Made by a program: the position numbers and the translations under genes. Below the pieces are notes generated by a model, which was not told the DNA's origin, made no database searches, and worked only from the letters and a program-made list of their open reading frames with translations. Of a stretch of 64,000 nt of DNA, positions 23,405 to 34,289 are shown piece by piece. Source of the DNA: Marsupella aquatica (Eukaryota > Plantae > Marchantiophyta); the NCBI GenBank assembly GCA_973895155.1, contig CCZZQB010000054.1, positions 6,182 to 70,181 on the forward strand, in the 5' to 3' direction. Every line of letters begins with the position of its first letter. The first letter of the stretch is position 1.

Positions 23405-24329
23405 CGGTGCAAGGGCGCCGTTCCTTTTAGGGAGGGCGGACGTGGAGGGAGGAGGCGTGAGTGGGCAGGGCGGGCACGGATCTCCACGTTTAGGATTAGG
23501 ATCAGAACCAGGAGCGGCCCTGACACTTAGCTTAGTGGGATTGCGGTCCCACTGGTAGGAGCAACACTTGTGCTCCTGCCTTGCTGTACATAGGTAGATT
23601 CGGGCAAGTAGATTATTGTTAAGTAGATTAGGCTTACGATGCAAAGAATGGCGGATCCACTACCAGGATAAGTACCTGGGCAGCGGGGAGCTCAGGGCCT
23701 CTTCTTTAGCAAGTTTTTAGTTTGCACCAGCCGGGCTGGGATCAAGTAGTACGAGAAGCTCTCGGTTAGTCATACAGTGACCCTTGTGTATATTCATGTT
23801 TCCTCATGCCTAAGAGCTGAATAGAGTTGGCCTCACGGCTTAGTTCGCAGAACTTGTGTATGAGATGTACTGTTTGTATGGCAAGTGCATGGTATGACTC
23901 AGTCAGAATGAGTCAATTTGCTATTTGTGTGTCGCATTAACTTGTGTGAAGAGTGCCCACATCAACAGAAGGAAGGAAAGTAAGCAGGGGAGTGAGAGTT
24001 GGATGTGTCGAGCTGAGAGAGGTCTTAGCGGCTTAACCAAGCCTATTGGGGATCATTCCGGCGGCGGAATCCAAACATACCTAACAAGACGGAGGGGAAG
24101 ACAGGGGAAGACAAGGGAAGGCCTATATTAGGCCGGCTACGTATCTCATGACCCGATGAAGGATCTGTCCAGTATATGTGTGTAAAATGTTAATAGTAGT
24201 AGTAGAAGGTTAGCAGCGTCCCATGCCGCTAAGCCGCGGAAACGGCCTCGCCAAGCACGAAACCTGCGGGAATCGGCTTGAGCTGGGGGGTTTCTTGGGG
24301 TTAGGGAGCCATGGGACGCACCACATTTT

Positions 24330-24347
24330 TGGCGCTAGATGGAGGGG
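24330..24347 (+). promoter_or_regulatory. PBS of D (tRNA-Asn type)
   Basis: TGGCGCTAGATGGAGGGG, 4 nt after the LTR; near-complement of the plant tRNA-Asn 3' end (recalled). Confidence 0.7.
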
Positions 24348-24394
24348 GCATTTCTTAAGCCGTGAGATATGAAGTTAGAACGGAAGCGTAGGTA

Positions 24395-27388
24395 ATGACT
24401 GACCTTACGCCGAGGGAAGAAAGAGTGATTCAACGGGAGAGAGCTCGACTGCAGCAGCTCGCCGGGTGGCATGATACACAGCGACTGAGAGGGGCAGAAA
24501 GAGCTGGTAGCTCCGAAACTGGAAGTGGCGTCGAAGAAGACATACCAGAAGAAGAGTCGGTAAGGAGAAGTGAGTCTCCAACCGACATGGGGGAACCAGA
24601 GGCACGGCCAGACGAGAGGCCAGGGACCAGATTGAGCCAGCGGTCGCGCATACATTACAAGGCATTTCATGGGAGAGGAGATGAGGATCCGGACGAATGG
24701 TTGGATGATTTCGAGGGAACCGTTGCAGCAAATGGAGAATCGGCCATCAAGATGCAGATTCTTCCCGGCCTGTTCAAGGGTGAGGCTAGGCCTTGGTACA
24801 GAGCATTAGATGTGGAAGATCAAGCCATCTGGGATATCTTCAAAACACTCTTTGTTAAGGAGTTTCGACCCATTGGAACTTCAGAACTAGCAGTACTGAA
24901 GTTGGGACAACTTCGGTTCAAGGAGAACAAATCCTTCAGGAAGTTCTTGCAACGCTTTCAGAAATTGGTAAGACGTACAAAGACCAATGCATCTGAAGGT
25001 ATGCAACTTCAATGGTTGGTGAATGCTTTGCCACAGAAGATGAGTTTTGCAATTAGGAAGGAGAACCCGGAGACCTTAGCCGAAGCAATTAAGGATATTC
25101 AATTATACATTAATGCAGATATCACAAGCCGGAAGAAACAGCTTAAGTCTGAGAGTTCCTCATCAGAGGAGGGATCACCCCATAAGAAAAAAGATAAGAA
25201 GAAGAAACATTCCAAGAAGTCTAGAAGTGATAGGTCAAGCTCGGATAGTGGGAGTAGCAAGAGTGAGTCATCTTCTAGTTCTGAAGAAGAAAAAACTAGG
25301 AAAAGGAAGGGCAGAAGGAGAGGGAAGACGAAAGTCAAGATGGAGGCTAAGCCACCAGATAACATCGTAGCCCTTACCGAGCAACTTAAGGCTATCATTG
25401 CAGAGGTAAAACCAAAGAAGAAGGTAGTACAGGAGGATAGCTCTGTATGGTGTGCCTTATGTTATAAAACCGGACACCATAAAGATGCTTGTCCTAAGCT
25501 TAATACTAATCATGTTCGGCATGTGGCCGAGATCAGACCATGTCAGGGAGAAGTAGAGTACTTTTTGGGAGATGCCGCTGATAGTGTTTTCGGCATCAGT
25601 GAGACTGGAGCACGAGACCTATCCAACAGACCTGCATCTCTGTGGTCAGGGTTAAGGAACAATCCAGGAGAGATGTATCCTCGGATTATTCAGAACCCGT
25701 CAGTACCTCCTAGGCCGAATGTGCAAAGATTTGCGGCGTGCTATAATTGTGGTCAACCTGGCCATTTTGCTAGAGAATGCCCGAATGCACGCAAACAGGG
25801 TGATGGACAACCAGCTCAGCTATGTATGGGATGCCGACAGGAAGGTCATATGCTAGGGCAATGTCCTACTTGGTTGGCAGGCCTGGCCGCAAATCATAAG
25901 CTTTTGCCGATCAAGATCTTACCGCCAGGTACTACCCCCGGAGGAGTTCAAATCAACCACATCGAACTAGGATGGCAAGAGGATGCCGAGGCAGAGTTCA
26001 TACCATCTGATGATGAGGCCGAAGCCCTATCAACCTTCTCAGAGGAGGATTTAGATCATGATTGCTACCGGGTCTCTACTCGATCTACCAGAAGGAAGGA
26101 AAGGTGGGATGGGCTGGCCAAAAATAAAGGGAAGGTTACGGAGGAAAGGATCGACTCTTCGTCAACATCAACAGAAGGAGAAGGGAGGGCTCCGGCAATA
26201 CAGGTAAGCCATGAGCCCACCAGTGAAACCAATCCTTCACAAGATAGCGACTTCAATCGAGATCATCCTAAGTTGTTCTACCCCTCTGTTACGGCTAGTG
26301 TTAAGGAACAACTAAGAGAATTAGAAACCCTGGAGAATACCGAAGCCATTGCCAAGGATGTAAAACGAGCAAAAGCATTGTTTGCTTCGGAAGACCCAAC
26401 AGCTGTGGAGACTAGCGTGGCAAAACTGGCCGAATCCAAGACGGAAACACCACCAGAAGAGAAGCCGATTGTTCCCTATGACCTGGCTAAAGATGTACTA
26501 GAATCTAGAGTCTCGGCAACAGTAGGTCAACTATTGAAAAATAGCCCGTACTTCCGGAAGCAATTAAGGAAGGCTATTCTCGGCAAGCCGAGATTACCCA
26601 AGGTAGCAACCAGATCCGACGTACTAATGATAGAAGAAGATCAAGGAGCCCCAGCATTACCATTAATGATTCAAGGAGAATTATTACTACGGGTACCCAT
26701 CGATGGAGGATCAGGGGTATGTATTATGATTGATTCAACAGCAAAAGGGTGGGGTCTAACACCGGAGATGACTGGAAGAGTGTTGAACATGGCCAATGGA
26801 TATCAGGTCATTCCGACGGGAGTGTTAACCGGCATCAAGACAGAGATAGGAGGTATCTTCTTTAGCATTAACTATGTAGTAATGAAGCCGGTAAATCCTA
26901 CGTCATTCCGGCTATTGATTGGTAGGCCATGGCTGTACCTAGCCGAGGTAATAGAAGATTGGGGTAAAAAGCAGTTCACTTTCGGGACCCCCTCTATCAC
27001 GGTATCCTGGGACACTAAGGATGACCGTAGGAAAAGCATAAGGGAAGTAGATGGGTACGATAGTGGACTGGAGTCAGCCGATGAAGTACGTTGGTTAGAA
27101 TGCTTCACTAACCTAACCGAAGAAGGTGTCTTTGGACCAGAGGTACCCCCCAGCGGATTATGGCAAGAACCAACGGAAGGTGACTTGGAAGAAGAAGACG
27201 AAGAGGTCGAGGACTGCTTTACAATAGAATCCACCTTTTTAGCTGCAATTCCGGAGGAAGTTAAGGATGTAGACCAATTGGATGAAACGGCTAAGTGGGG
27301 AGCAGTAGCAGGGACAGTGGATTTTCTGCAGGCGTTGTGGCAGAGCCGACGGGGTCCACAACGCCATCGATCATCGGCAAGAAATTAA
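24395..27388 (+). CDS. D gag-protease (997 aa)
   Basis: Gag core (FHGRGDEDPDEWL), three CCHC knuckles, protease VPIDGGSGVCIM. Confidence 0.92.
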   Translation: MTDLTPREERVIQRERARLQQLAGWHDTQRLRGAERAGSSETGSGVEEDIPEEESVRRSESPTDMGEPEARPDERPGTRLSQRSRIHYKAFHGRGDEDPDEWLDDFEGTVAANGESAIKMQILPGLFKGEARPWYRALDVEDQAIWDIFKTLFVKEFRPIGTSELAVLKLGQLRFKENKSFRKFLQRFQKLVRRTKTNASEGMQLQWLVNALPQKMSFAIRKENPETLAEAIKDIQLYINADITSRKKQLKSESSSSEEGSPHKKKDKKKKHSKKSRSDRSSSDSGSSKSESSSSSEEEKTRKRKGRRRGKTKVKMEAKPPDNIVALTEQLKAIIAEVKPKKKVVQEDSSVWCALCYKTGHHKDACPKLNTNHVRHVAEIRPCQGEVEYFLGDAADSVFGISETGARDLSNRPASLWSGLRNNPGEMYPRIIQNPSVPPRPNVQRFAACYNCGQPGHFARECPNARKQGDGQPAQLCMGCRQEGHMLGQCPTWLAGLAANHKLLPIKILPPGTTPGGVQINHIELGWQEDAEAEFIPSDDEAEALSTFSEEDLDHDCYRVSTRSTRRKERWDGLAKNKGKVTEERIDSSSTSTEGEGRAPAIQVSHEPTSETNPSQDSDFNRDHPKLFYPSVTASVKEQLRELETLENTEAIAKDVKRAKALFASEDPTAVETSVAKLAESKTETPPEEKPIVPYDLAKDVLESRVSATVGQLLKNSPYFRKQLRKAILGKPRLPKVATRSDVLMIEEDQGAPALPLMIQGELLLRVPIDGGSGVCIMIDSTAKGWGLTPEMTGRVLNMANGYQVIPTGVLTGIKTEIGGIFFSINYVVMKPVNPTSFRLLIGRPWLYLAEVIEDWGKKQFTFGTPSITVSWDTKDDRRKSIREVDGYDSGLESADEVRWLECFTNLTEEGVFGPEVPPSGLWQEPTEGDLEEEDEEVEDCFTIESTFLAAIPEEVKDVDQLDETAKWGAVAGTVDFLQALWQSRRGPQRHRSSARN

Positions 27389-30300
27389 ATACCAAGGGAT
27401 CGGCATACAAGCCGATTACGAGGGCAGAACAAATTGAGGCCCTATTAGAAGCCGAGAGAGCACAGCGGCCTAACTCGCAGGAGCAAGAGGTGGATGAGAT
27501 GGACAGACACGATCCAGAGCCAAGGCAGGAAGGGGAGCCGGCCACTAATTCAAAACTGAATAGACCGGTAAGGGGACAATCTATGGACACCAAGGAAGGG
27601 ACCGACTCGGCTAGTCCAGCCGAGATCCCAGTTTATGGAGGTATGAGATTAGAGAGACTGGAAGCCGAACTGGACCCGAATTTGAAGAAGCAGATTAATA
27701 TGATCCAAGCACGGCAATATCGGAAGCTCGACTTAGGAGAGGGAAGAGAACTGAACTTAGGGAGAAACCTAGCACCTGAGCTCGAGAAAGAGATCAGTGA
27801 CTTATTGATTGAATTTCAGGATGTGTTTGCATGGAGTCACCAAGATCTAAAGGGCGTAGATCCAACACTAGGGGAACATCGAATTGATCTCATGTTAGGA
27901 GCCAAATCATTTCGACAACCAATTCGAAGGATGAACCCGAAGTACTCCCTGCTGGTCAAAACAGAAATCGACAAACTAGTGGAAGCTGGATTCATCACTC
28001 CAGTCCTGCATTCAGACTGGGTGTCTCCAATTGTGATAGTTCCCAAGAAAGCTGGACCCGATGGTAAACCCAAGATCCGGGTTTGTCAGGATTACAGGAA
28101 GCTGAATGAAGCAACATTAAAAGACCATTTTCCTTTACCGTTTACTGATATGGTACTAGACATGGTAGCCAGTCATGAACTATATTCATTCATGGATGGA
28201 TACTCTGGTTATAACCAAATCAGGATTCGGCAGGAAGACCAAATCAAGACGGCCTTCATCACGGAATGGGGGATCTATGTCTTCAATCGTATGCCGTTTG
28301 GACTCTGCAACGCACCAGCTATGTTCCAACGATTAATGGTGAACATTTTTCATGATTACTTGAGAAAGTTCATGGAAATCTTCATTGATGACTTTGCAGT
28401 ATTCGGGAAGGCATCGAAACATGCTAAATACCTCAGGAAAACCTTCATGAGATGTAGGGAGGTGGGTCTCAAGTTACACCCAGATAAATGTTTTTTTGCA
28501 GTAACCGAGGGGGTGCTACTAGGTCACAAGGTATCAAGGAAGGGCATTGAGATTGACAAAGGTAAGCTAGCAGTATGGCTAGATATCATGCAACCTAAGA
28601 ACATAAAGGATGTAAGATCCTTCTTGGGATGCATTGGTTACTATCGCCGGTTCATCAAGGATTTTGCCAAGCTGGCTTTACCATTAACCAATATGCTCAA
28701 GGCAGGAGCAGACTTCGAACCCACACCCGAACGAGTCACAGCGGTGGTAGAATTGAAGCAGATGTTAGTAGAGGCCCCAGTCATGATAGCACCGGACTGG
28801 AACAAAGATTTTCATGTTTTTGTAGATGTCTCGGGCTTCTGTATTGGCTCAGTACTAAGTCAGTTGGATGAGAAAGGAAGGGACCATCCCATATACTTCG
28901 CAAGCCGTCAGCTTGCCGATGCCGAACGGAAATACTCTACCACGGAAAGAGAAGCATTAGGAGTCATTTATTCTTGTAAAAAGTTTAGGCATTATTTACT
29001 AGGGTACAAGGTAATCTTTCATACTGATCATGAAAGTTTGAAGTACCTAGTCAATAAGCCGGACCTTACAGGCAGAGTAGCAAGATGGATTTTGCTATTA
29101 CAGGAGTTTGACTATGAGCTGAGGATCAAGCCGGGAAAGTTACATGCCAATGCCGACTTCTTTTCAAGGATCACAGGTAAACCTGCCACGGATTGCATCG
29201 ATGATCGATTCCCCGACGAGGAGCTATTCGTTGTGGAAATAGCTGGTACATGGTACCCTGAGATTTTACAATTTCTCAGCACTTCCAGATTACAGCCAGG
29301 ATTAAGCCGAGAGCAAGCCGCAGTCTTTGTGCGGAAGGTCAGACAGTATCAGTGCATTAAAGGCATACTGCACAAGCATGGAATCAACGGCATGATTCAA
29401 AGGTGTTTGGAAAAGAGAGAGGTAAAACGAGTCCTACGGGCCATGCATGGAGAGGAGGCCGGAGGACATTTTGCCCCAGTAACCACGTCTAAGAAAATAT
29501 TAAATGCCGGTTACTGGTGGCCCACCTTGCACAAGGATGTCTATCAGTTTATCAAACAATGCGATCCTTGTCAACGAGCGGGAGGACCAAGGGCGTCCAC
29601 CAGGCATCCACTGCACCCTATTCTACCTCTGGCACCATTCGAGAAGTGGGGTATTGATTACATTGGACCTCTGAAACCACTGACCCACCCTCGACGGAAC
29701 AAGTACATAATCCTGGCTACGGATTATGCAACTAAATGGGTAGAGGCCAGACCAACAACGAAGGATGATGCAATTACTACGGCTAGATTCATGTATGAGC
29801 AGATCTTCACCAGGTATGGAGCACCCCTAGAATTAGTTAGTGATAGAGGAACCCATTTTTTGAATGATATAATTAGTCGTTTAAATGAGCAGTATTTAGT
29901 TAAACATAGGCCTACTACTCCCTACCATCCAAAGGCAAACGGGTTGACAGAACGAGCAAACGGAATCATAGGAAAGATATTGAACAAAACAGTAGCTCAG
30001 AACAAACTCGATTGGGATGATAAATTGTTTGCTGCTGTTTTTGCTTACAATCTGGCCTATAAATCCACTACCGGTCATACACCCTTCTTCTTAACCTTTG
30101 GACAAGAAGCCCTGGTACCCATGCAACTTGACATACCGACATTTCAAGTTACAATTGAGGAAAGAGCCTCAGCGGAGGAGAGCCTAAAGGAGCGAGAATA
30201 TAGGTTAGAAGCTTTAGAGGAAGCGAGAATGATTTCAGCCGAGAGAGTAGAATATAGACAGAATATCATGAAGCAGCAGTATGATAAAAGGTTAAAAGTA

Positions 30301-30561
30301 GTTAGTATTCATACCGGTGATCTTGTGCTACTTTATGACAGTAGGTATAGTAGGTTTCCAGGAAAGCTTTACACTCGCTGGTTAGGACCCTTTAGAGTAA
30401 CCATGATGTTCCCCAATGGCTCCGTGCAATTGGCCAACATTACGGGAGAAGTATATCCAGTTCGCATCCATTATGACCGCCTCAAGAAATACTATATGGA
30501 CGAAGATGAAGTTGTTCGCGAGGACGCTTCACAATTAAGTGGGGAGCTATGTGATGCCTAG
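27295..30561 (+). CDS. D pol (RT, RNase H, integrase) in the -1 frame
   Basis: Motifs SFMDGYSGYNQI, FIDDF, FHVFVDVSG, HGEEAGGH...CDPCQ, WGIDYIG, SDRGTHF, NGLTERAN. The stop codon lies inside the 3' LTR. Confidence 0.95.
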   Translation: MGSSSRDSGFSAGVVAEPTGSTTPSIIGKKLNTKGSAYKPITRAEQIEALLEAERAQRPNSQEQEVDEMDRHDPEPRQEGEPATNSKLNRPVRGQSMDTKEGTDSASPAEIPVYGGMRLERLEAELDPNLKKQINMIQARQYRKLDLGEGRELNLGRNLAPELEKEISDLLIEFQDVFAWSHQDLKGVDPTLGEHRIDLMLGAKSFRQPIRRMNPKYSLLVKTEIDKLVEAGFITPVLHSDWVSPIVIVPKKAGPDGKPKIRVCQDYRKLNEATLKDHFPLPFTDMVLDMVASHELYSFMDGYSGYNQIRIRQEDQIKTAFITEWGIYVFNRMPFGLCNAPAMFQRLMVNIFHDYLRKFMEIFIDDFAVFGKASKHAKYLRKTFMRCREVGLKLHPDKCFFAVTEGVLLGHKVSRKGIEIDKGKLAVWLDIMQPKNIKDVRSFLGCIGYYRRFIKDFAKLALPLTNMLKAGADFEPTPERVTAVVELKQMLVEAPVMIAPDWNKDFHVFVDVSGFCIGSVLSQLDEKGRDHPIYFASRQLADAERKYSTTEREALGVIYSCKKFRHYLLGYKVIFHTDHESLKYLVNKPDLTGRVARWILLLQEFDYELRIKPGKLHANADFFSRITGKPATDCIDDRFPDEELFVVEIAGTWYPEILQFLSTSRLQPGLSREQAAVFVRKVRQYQCIKGILHKHGINGMIQRCLEKREVKRVLRAMHGEEAGGHFAPVTTSKKILNAGYWWPTLHKDVYQFIKQCDPCQRAGGPRASTRHPLHPILPLAPFEKWGIDYIGPLKPLTHPRRNKYIILATDYATKWVEARPTTKDDAITTARFMYEQIFTRYGAPLELVSDRGTHFLNDIISRLNEQYLVKHRPTTPYHPKANGLTERANGIIGKILNKTVAQNKLDWDDKLFAAVFAYNLAYKSTTGHTPFFLTFGQEALVPMQLDIPTFQVTIEERASAEESLKEREYRLEALEEARMISAERVEYRQNIMKQQYDKRLKVVSIHTGDLVLLYDSRYSRFPGKLYTRWLGPFRVTMMFPNGSVQLANITGEVYPVRIHYDRLKKYYMDEDEVVREDASQLSGELCDA
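27319..27378 (+). promoter_or_regulatory. Putative -1 programmed ribosomal frameshift signal (G GAU UUU plus pseudoknot)
   Basis: In-frame heptamer 27319-27325; 5-nt spacer; 10-bp stem 27331-27340/27356-27365; loop GCCGA pairs with TCGGC at 27374-27378. Confidence 0.75.
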
Positions 30562-30921
30562 ACAGGAATCACTCGGCCGGTTAAGTGGGTAAAGCAGGAA
30601 GGCACCCTAGGAACACCTTAGTATAGTGACAAAACAAGGAAAATATAAACAATTAGGGGCAACCATGGAACCCGGGCAGAGGCCGAAGGTAAGGCTGAGG
30701 GTGAAAACCCGATTAGGGTTAGGGCGCGTTAAGCGTCGGCGGCTAGGAAGGATCAACGGGAAGAAGGACCGGCAGAGGAGAGGGGTAAGGAGCGCTTGCA
30801 GGAGATGGTGGCTCATTTGCGAGCACGAACTAGGCAGACGACTACGGGAGGCCAACTACTGTCAGCTGCTTAGGCAAGCACTCGGGAGAGAGTAGATACC
30901 GATGATCAACCTAAGGAGGGT

Positions 30922-33024
30922 ATGAGCAACGTCAATCAAGCGGCACATTTCTGGGGATGCCTGTTCGAACGGGCAACTGAGTACATCAAGACTTACGAGG
31001 ACGAGGAGTCAGAAAGGGCAGCTCGAGAACGGCAGGAGCTCGCTCGATTGTGGGAGCTGCAGAAGACGGCTTTCTTAGGAGGCGAACTCATCAAGGACGA
31101 GTTCCTGTGGACGCCTACTTCCAATCAACTCGACAATCTTCTGTTTTGCAAAGATAGCGTCGTCGGCATCCGAGAGGCCATCAAGAACTGCAACGACATA
31201 CACTGGGAATTAAAGGGTAGCACGGAAAGGTGGACCCGGGCAACGGTGCTAGGAGAGACCTCCACGGCAGCAGAGATGAAGAGGAAGGGAGCCGTCAACG
31301 ATGAAGCCACCCCGGCAAAAAGAACGAGGTCGGCGGCACCAAAGAAGCCAGCCGAGCAGCAGAGCAGGAGGCAGGGAGAAGCCGAAGAGGAGGAGGTCGA
31401 TCCCATCAAGGCCATTCCAACCAGGGATGACACCTGGAAGGGCTGGGCGGCAACCCTACCGGTGGAGGTGCAACTACATTTTGCACGGGAGGAGGATGCA
31501 TGCTTTACGGCCATGCAGACCAAGAAGTACCAAGGCTTCATGGCCGGATCCGGCTTGGAGGCCTTTGTAAGATTACCATGGCTGAAGCCGGAGGTACCGG
31601 AGTCAGACCTATTAGAATTCGTGGGGTCATGGGAACCCGAGACCAATTGCACGAGGATATATGGGAAGGATTTCTATCTTACTCCCAAGGTGATTGCCGA
31701 AGTGTTTGGCTTGCCGATGGGCAATAAGACCAAAGTTGATACCAGGAAGACCTTGCCTGACAAGGAGTTCCGGTCGTTCCCCGGGCCATCAACGAAGAAT
31801 GGCTTCTTCCGGAACACCTGCACCAACCCGCACATAGGAGAGATGATCGACTTCTTGCGGGTGACCATGCATTGTAACTTGCCGAGGGCAGAGATCGGCA
31901 AAGCACAGGTCTATCTGGCAGAAAGACCAGACCCAATCCGGGACTACAATGGGTACCTCCTCAACCAATTGAAGAAGATCTTAAAGGAGGAGCAGCAGGT
32001 AATCGGCATGGGGAGCGTGTCGCGGCTTGGCTATCACATGCCACTGTTGTGCCGGTATGCCAGAGGTCAGACTTTTGCCCCGGTACTTCCCCTGCAGGTA
32101 AGGGCACCCGAGGAAGCTCCAACGCCGAGGCCGTTGGCTGAGAAGCCTCAACCACCTGTTAGTCCTACGATCGAGCAGGTGTTTAGGCCCAGGAAGGAAG
32201 ACTTGCCGATGCAGCAACCAGGCATGCAGAGTCTGCTGAAACTACTGGAGAAAGAAAAGAAATCGGCATCGGCAACAACAACAACGGCAACGGCAACAAT
32301 GCAGGACACTACTACAGAGGTAGGCCTACACCGGCTCACAAGAGAAAACCCCTTTGCTGGAGACAAGGAGAGAATCAGGCCGGAATCCAAGCCAGGTGTT
32401 CGAATGTACGTGGGAACCTCAAGCTCCGAATCTGAGGCAGAATTGCCTGAAGCTCCTACCGAGGAAGAGGAGAGGGAGAAGCCGGAAATCCAAGAGGTAG
32501 AGGAGGCAGTGGAGGACTGCAGCCATGATAATTCCGGCTATGGGTCGGACCATTACGTTCCAGGAGTAAGGACCTGTGGCCGGTTTGTCCCCACACTTCC
32601 AAGGGTAGTGCGAGGGGACCCCAACCAGCAGAGTAGCCCTGAGTCTCCCCCACCAGATGTTGCTCCCCCGAGCTTCGACGGCATAAAACAGACGGTGCAG
32701 GAATTTCAGGAGCGAATCAAGCAAGAGGAAGAGGCCGCCCTGGCTAAGGAAAAGGATTTACCAGGAGGAGATTGGCCGGAGGACATCAGGCGGCTAGCCG
32801 AAAAAGGAAGCAAACCTCTAGCCACGATTGAAGAGATCCGCAGGACGGCTTGGGAGCAGAGGCCACGATGGGCGATGCCGATCACTTCTACTTACTCCAC
32901 CTACGCTAAGAATAGAGCCATGGAGTATGGTGAGATGTGTGGGGAACTTGCGCTCGGCATCTTTGGAGAGGAGTTGGAGGTAGGACCCTTTTCCATAGGG
33001 AGCAGTTGGAGAAGCACCAATTAG
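30922..33024 (+). CDS. ORF1 copy in the D 3' LTR (700 aa)
   Basis: Three amino-acid differences from 20037-22139 (D/N, S/I, D/G). Confidence 0.7.
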   Translation: MSNVNQAAHFWGCLFERATEYIKTYEDEESERAARERQELARLWELQKTAFLGGELIKDEFLWTPTSNQLDNLLFCKDSVVGIREAIKNCNDIHWELKGSTERWTRATVLGETSTAAEMKRKGAVNDEATPAKRTRSAAPKKPAEQQSRRQGEAEEEEVDPIKAIPTRDDTWKGWAATLPVEVQLHFAREEDACFTAMQTKKYQGFMAGSGLEAFVRLPWLKPEVPESDLLEFVGSWEPETNCTRIYGKDFYLTPKVIAEVFGLPMGNKTKVDTRKTLPDKEFRSFPGPSTKNGFFRNTCTNPHIGEMIDFLRVTMHCNLPRAEIGKAQVYLAERPDPIRDYNGYLLNQLKKILKEEQQVIGMGSVSRLGYHMPLLCRYARGQTFAPVLPLQVRAPEEAPTPRPLAEKPQPPVSPTIEQVFRPRKEDLPMQQPGMQSLLKLLEKEKKSASATTTTATATMQDTTTEVGLHRLTRENPFAGDKERIRPESKPGVRMYVGTSSSESEAELPEAPTEEEEREKPEIQEVEEAVEDCSHDNSGYGSDHYVPGVRTCGRFVPTLPRVVRGDPNQQSSPESPPPDVAPPSFDGIKQTVQEFQERIKQEEEAALAKEKDLPGGDWPEDIRRLAEKGSKPLATIEEIRRTAWEQRPRWAMPITSTYSTYAKNRAMEYGEMCGELALGIFGEELEVGPFSIGSSWRSTN

Positions 33025-34289
33025 AAGAAGCGGTGGCTTTAGAGAGAAGCAAGAAGGACGAGGTCATTCGGCGGCTTAGGAGGATGGAAGCCGAGATTGA
33101 AGATCTAAGGGCGGCCAAGAAAGCCCAAGATGAACTGCGGATTAAACGACATGAGCTGAACATCATGCAGGGGCAGTTGGACGCCGCGCAGGCTGATAAT
33201 CAGAATATCAAGGATAAACTGACTCAGACGCAGGAAGAGTTGGCCGACACGATCAAAGAAAGGGAAAAGTGGAAGCAAGAGCTAAAGAATACAGAGGAGG
33301 CCCACATAACAGCCAACAGCCGGGCCATGGCGGAGACCCAAAGAAAGGAATGGGCGTTGAAAGGGGAGCTCGAGAAAATCCGCGGAGCCCTTGAGCAGAA
33401 GGAGGTCGAGTTAGGGAAATCCTATCAAGGGATTATGGCGCTGCAGCAGGAGCTTGCGTCCCTGACGGCCAGCTTCAAGGCCGACCTAAGGGAGAAGGAC
33501 GAGATGCTCGAACAGACTTACGCCAAGATGAACCAGATGGAGTCTGTCATCATTGCAGAACTCGACAAGGAGCTAAGAGCAACCCAGGAGGAGAGGGCTA
33601 CCTTGAAGAAGGAATTGGAGGAAGCCCACAGGGAGCAGGAGGAGGCCAAAAACGAGCTGGAGGGGGCACGTAAGGACCTGGATGAAACCCAAGAGGAGTT
33701 GGAGGAAATCACGAGGAAGATGGAAAACCTACAGCGGCGGGCCGACAACCAAACAGAGCGGCTGAAGAAACAAGCCGCAGTATTTAAAGGCTTAGCTGCA
33801 GCAGGTCCATCTCCTGTTGGGACAAACCAGTTACCAGGGGTGGTAATTGCCGAAGGACAAGCCGCGCCACCTGCACCAATGCCGGAGGTAAGTGGGAAGG
33901 GGAAGGGACCAGCTGCCGAGCCACCAACGAAGAAGAAGCGGAAACCTTCAGGGTCAAGGAGTAATACGACTTCACAGGCCGTGGTGATCAAGGAGGTAGA
34001 CCCAGCACCGACCCCAGACAGGGTCACGGCTAAGGATCCAACTACCCTAGGGGAAGGGGAGGCCGAAGCCGTGGGAGTGGCTGAAGCCGAAGCCGTGGGA
34101 GTGGCTGAAGCCGAAGCCGTGGGTATTACCGAGGCCGGTGTCGAGGCCGAAGCCGAAGGTGGACCCAGTCAGGCCGATGGAGAGTTGACTCGGTCAAGGG
34201 CAGGTAATCTGTCAGTAGGCGGGCCAACGGCAGTGGCTAAGGAGGAAGTATTGGGGGCGTCCATTGAGGATCCACCACCGGTGTCGTGA
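32937..34289 (+). CDS. ORF2 copy in the D 3' LTR (450 aa)
   Basis: Protein identical to 22052-23404. Confidence 0.7.
   Translation: MWGTCARHLWRGVGGRTLFHREQLEKHQLEEAVALERSKKDEVIRRLRRMEAEIEDLRAAKKAQDELRIKRHELNIMQGQLDAAQADNQNIKDKLTQTQEELADTIKEREKWKQELKNTEEAHITANSRAMAETQRKEWALKGELEKIRGALEQKEVELGKSYQGIMALQQELASLTASFKADLREKDEMLEQTYAKMNQMESVIIAELDKELRATQEERATLKKELEEAHREQEEAKNELEGARKDLDETQEELEEITRKMENLQRRADNQTERLKKQAAVFKGLAAAGPSPVGTNQLPGVVIAEGQAAPPAPMPEVSGKGKGPAAEPPTKKKRKPSGSRSNTTSQAVVIKEVDPAPTPDRVTAKDPTTLGEGEAEAVGVAEAEAVGVAEAEAVGITEAGVEAEAEGGPSQADGELTRSRAGNLSVGGPTAVAKEEVLGASIEDPPPVS

Larger units (their letters stand above)
18269..24325 (+). repeat. 5' LTR of D (49 + 4612 = 4661 bp after removing E and one TSD)
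   Basis: Colinear with 30550-35210, with roughly 15-20 substitutions seen by eye. Confidence 0.95.
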
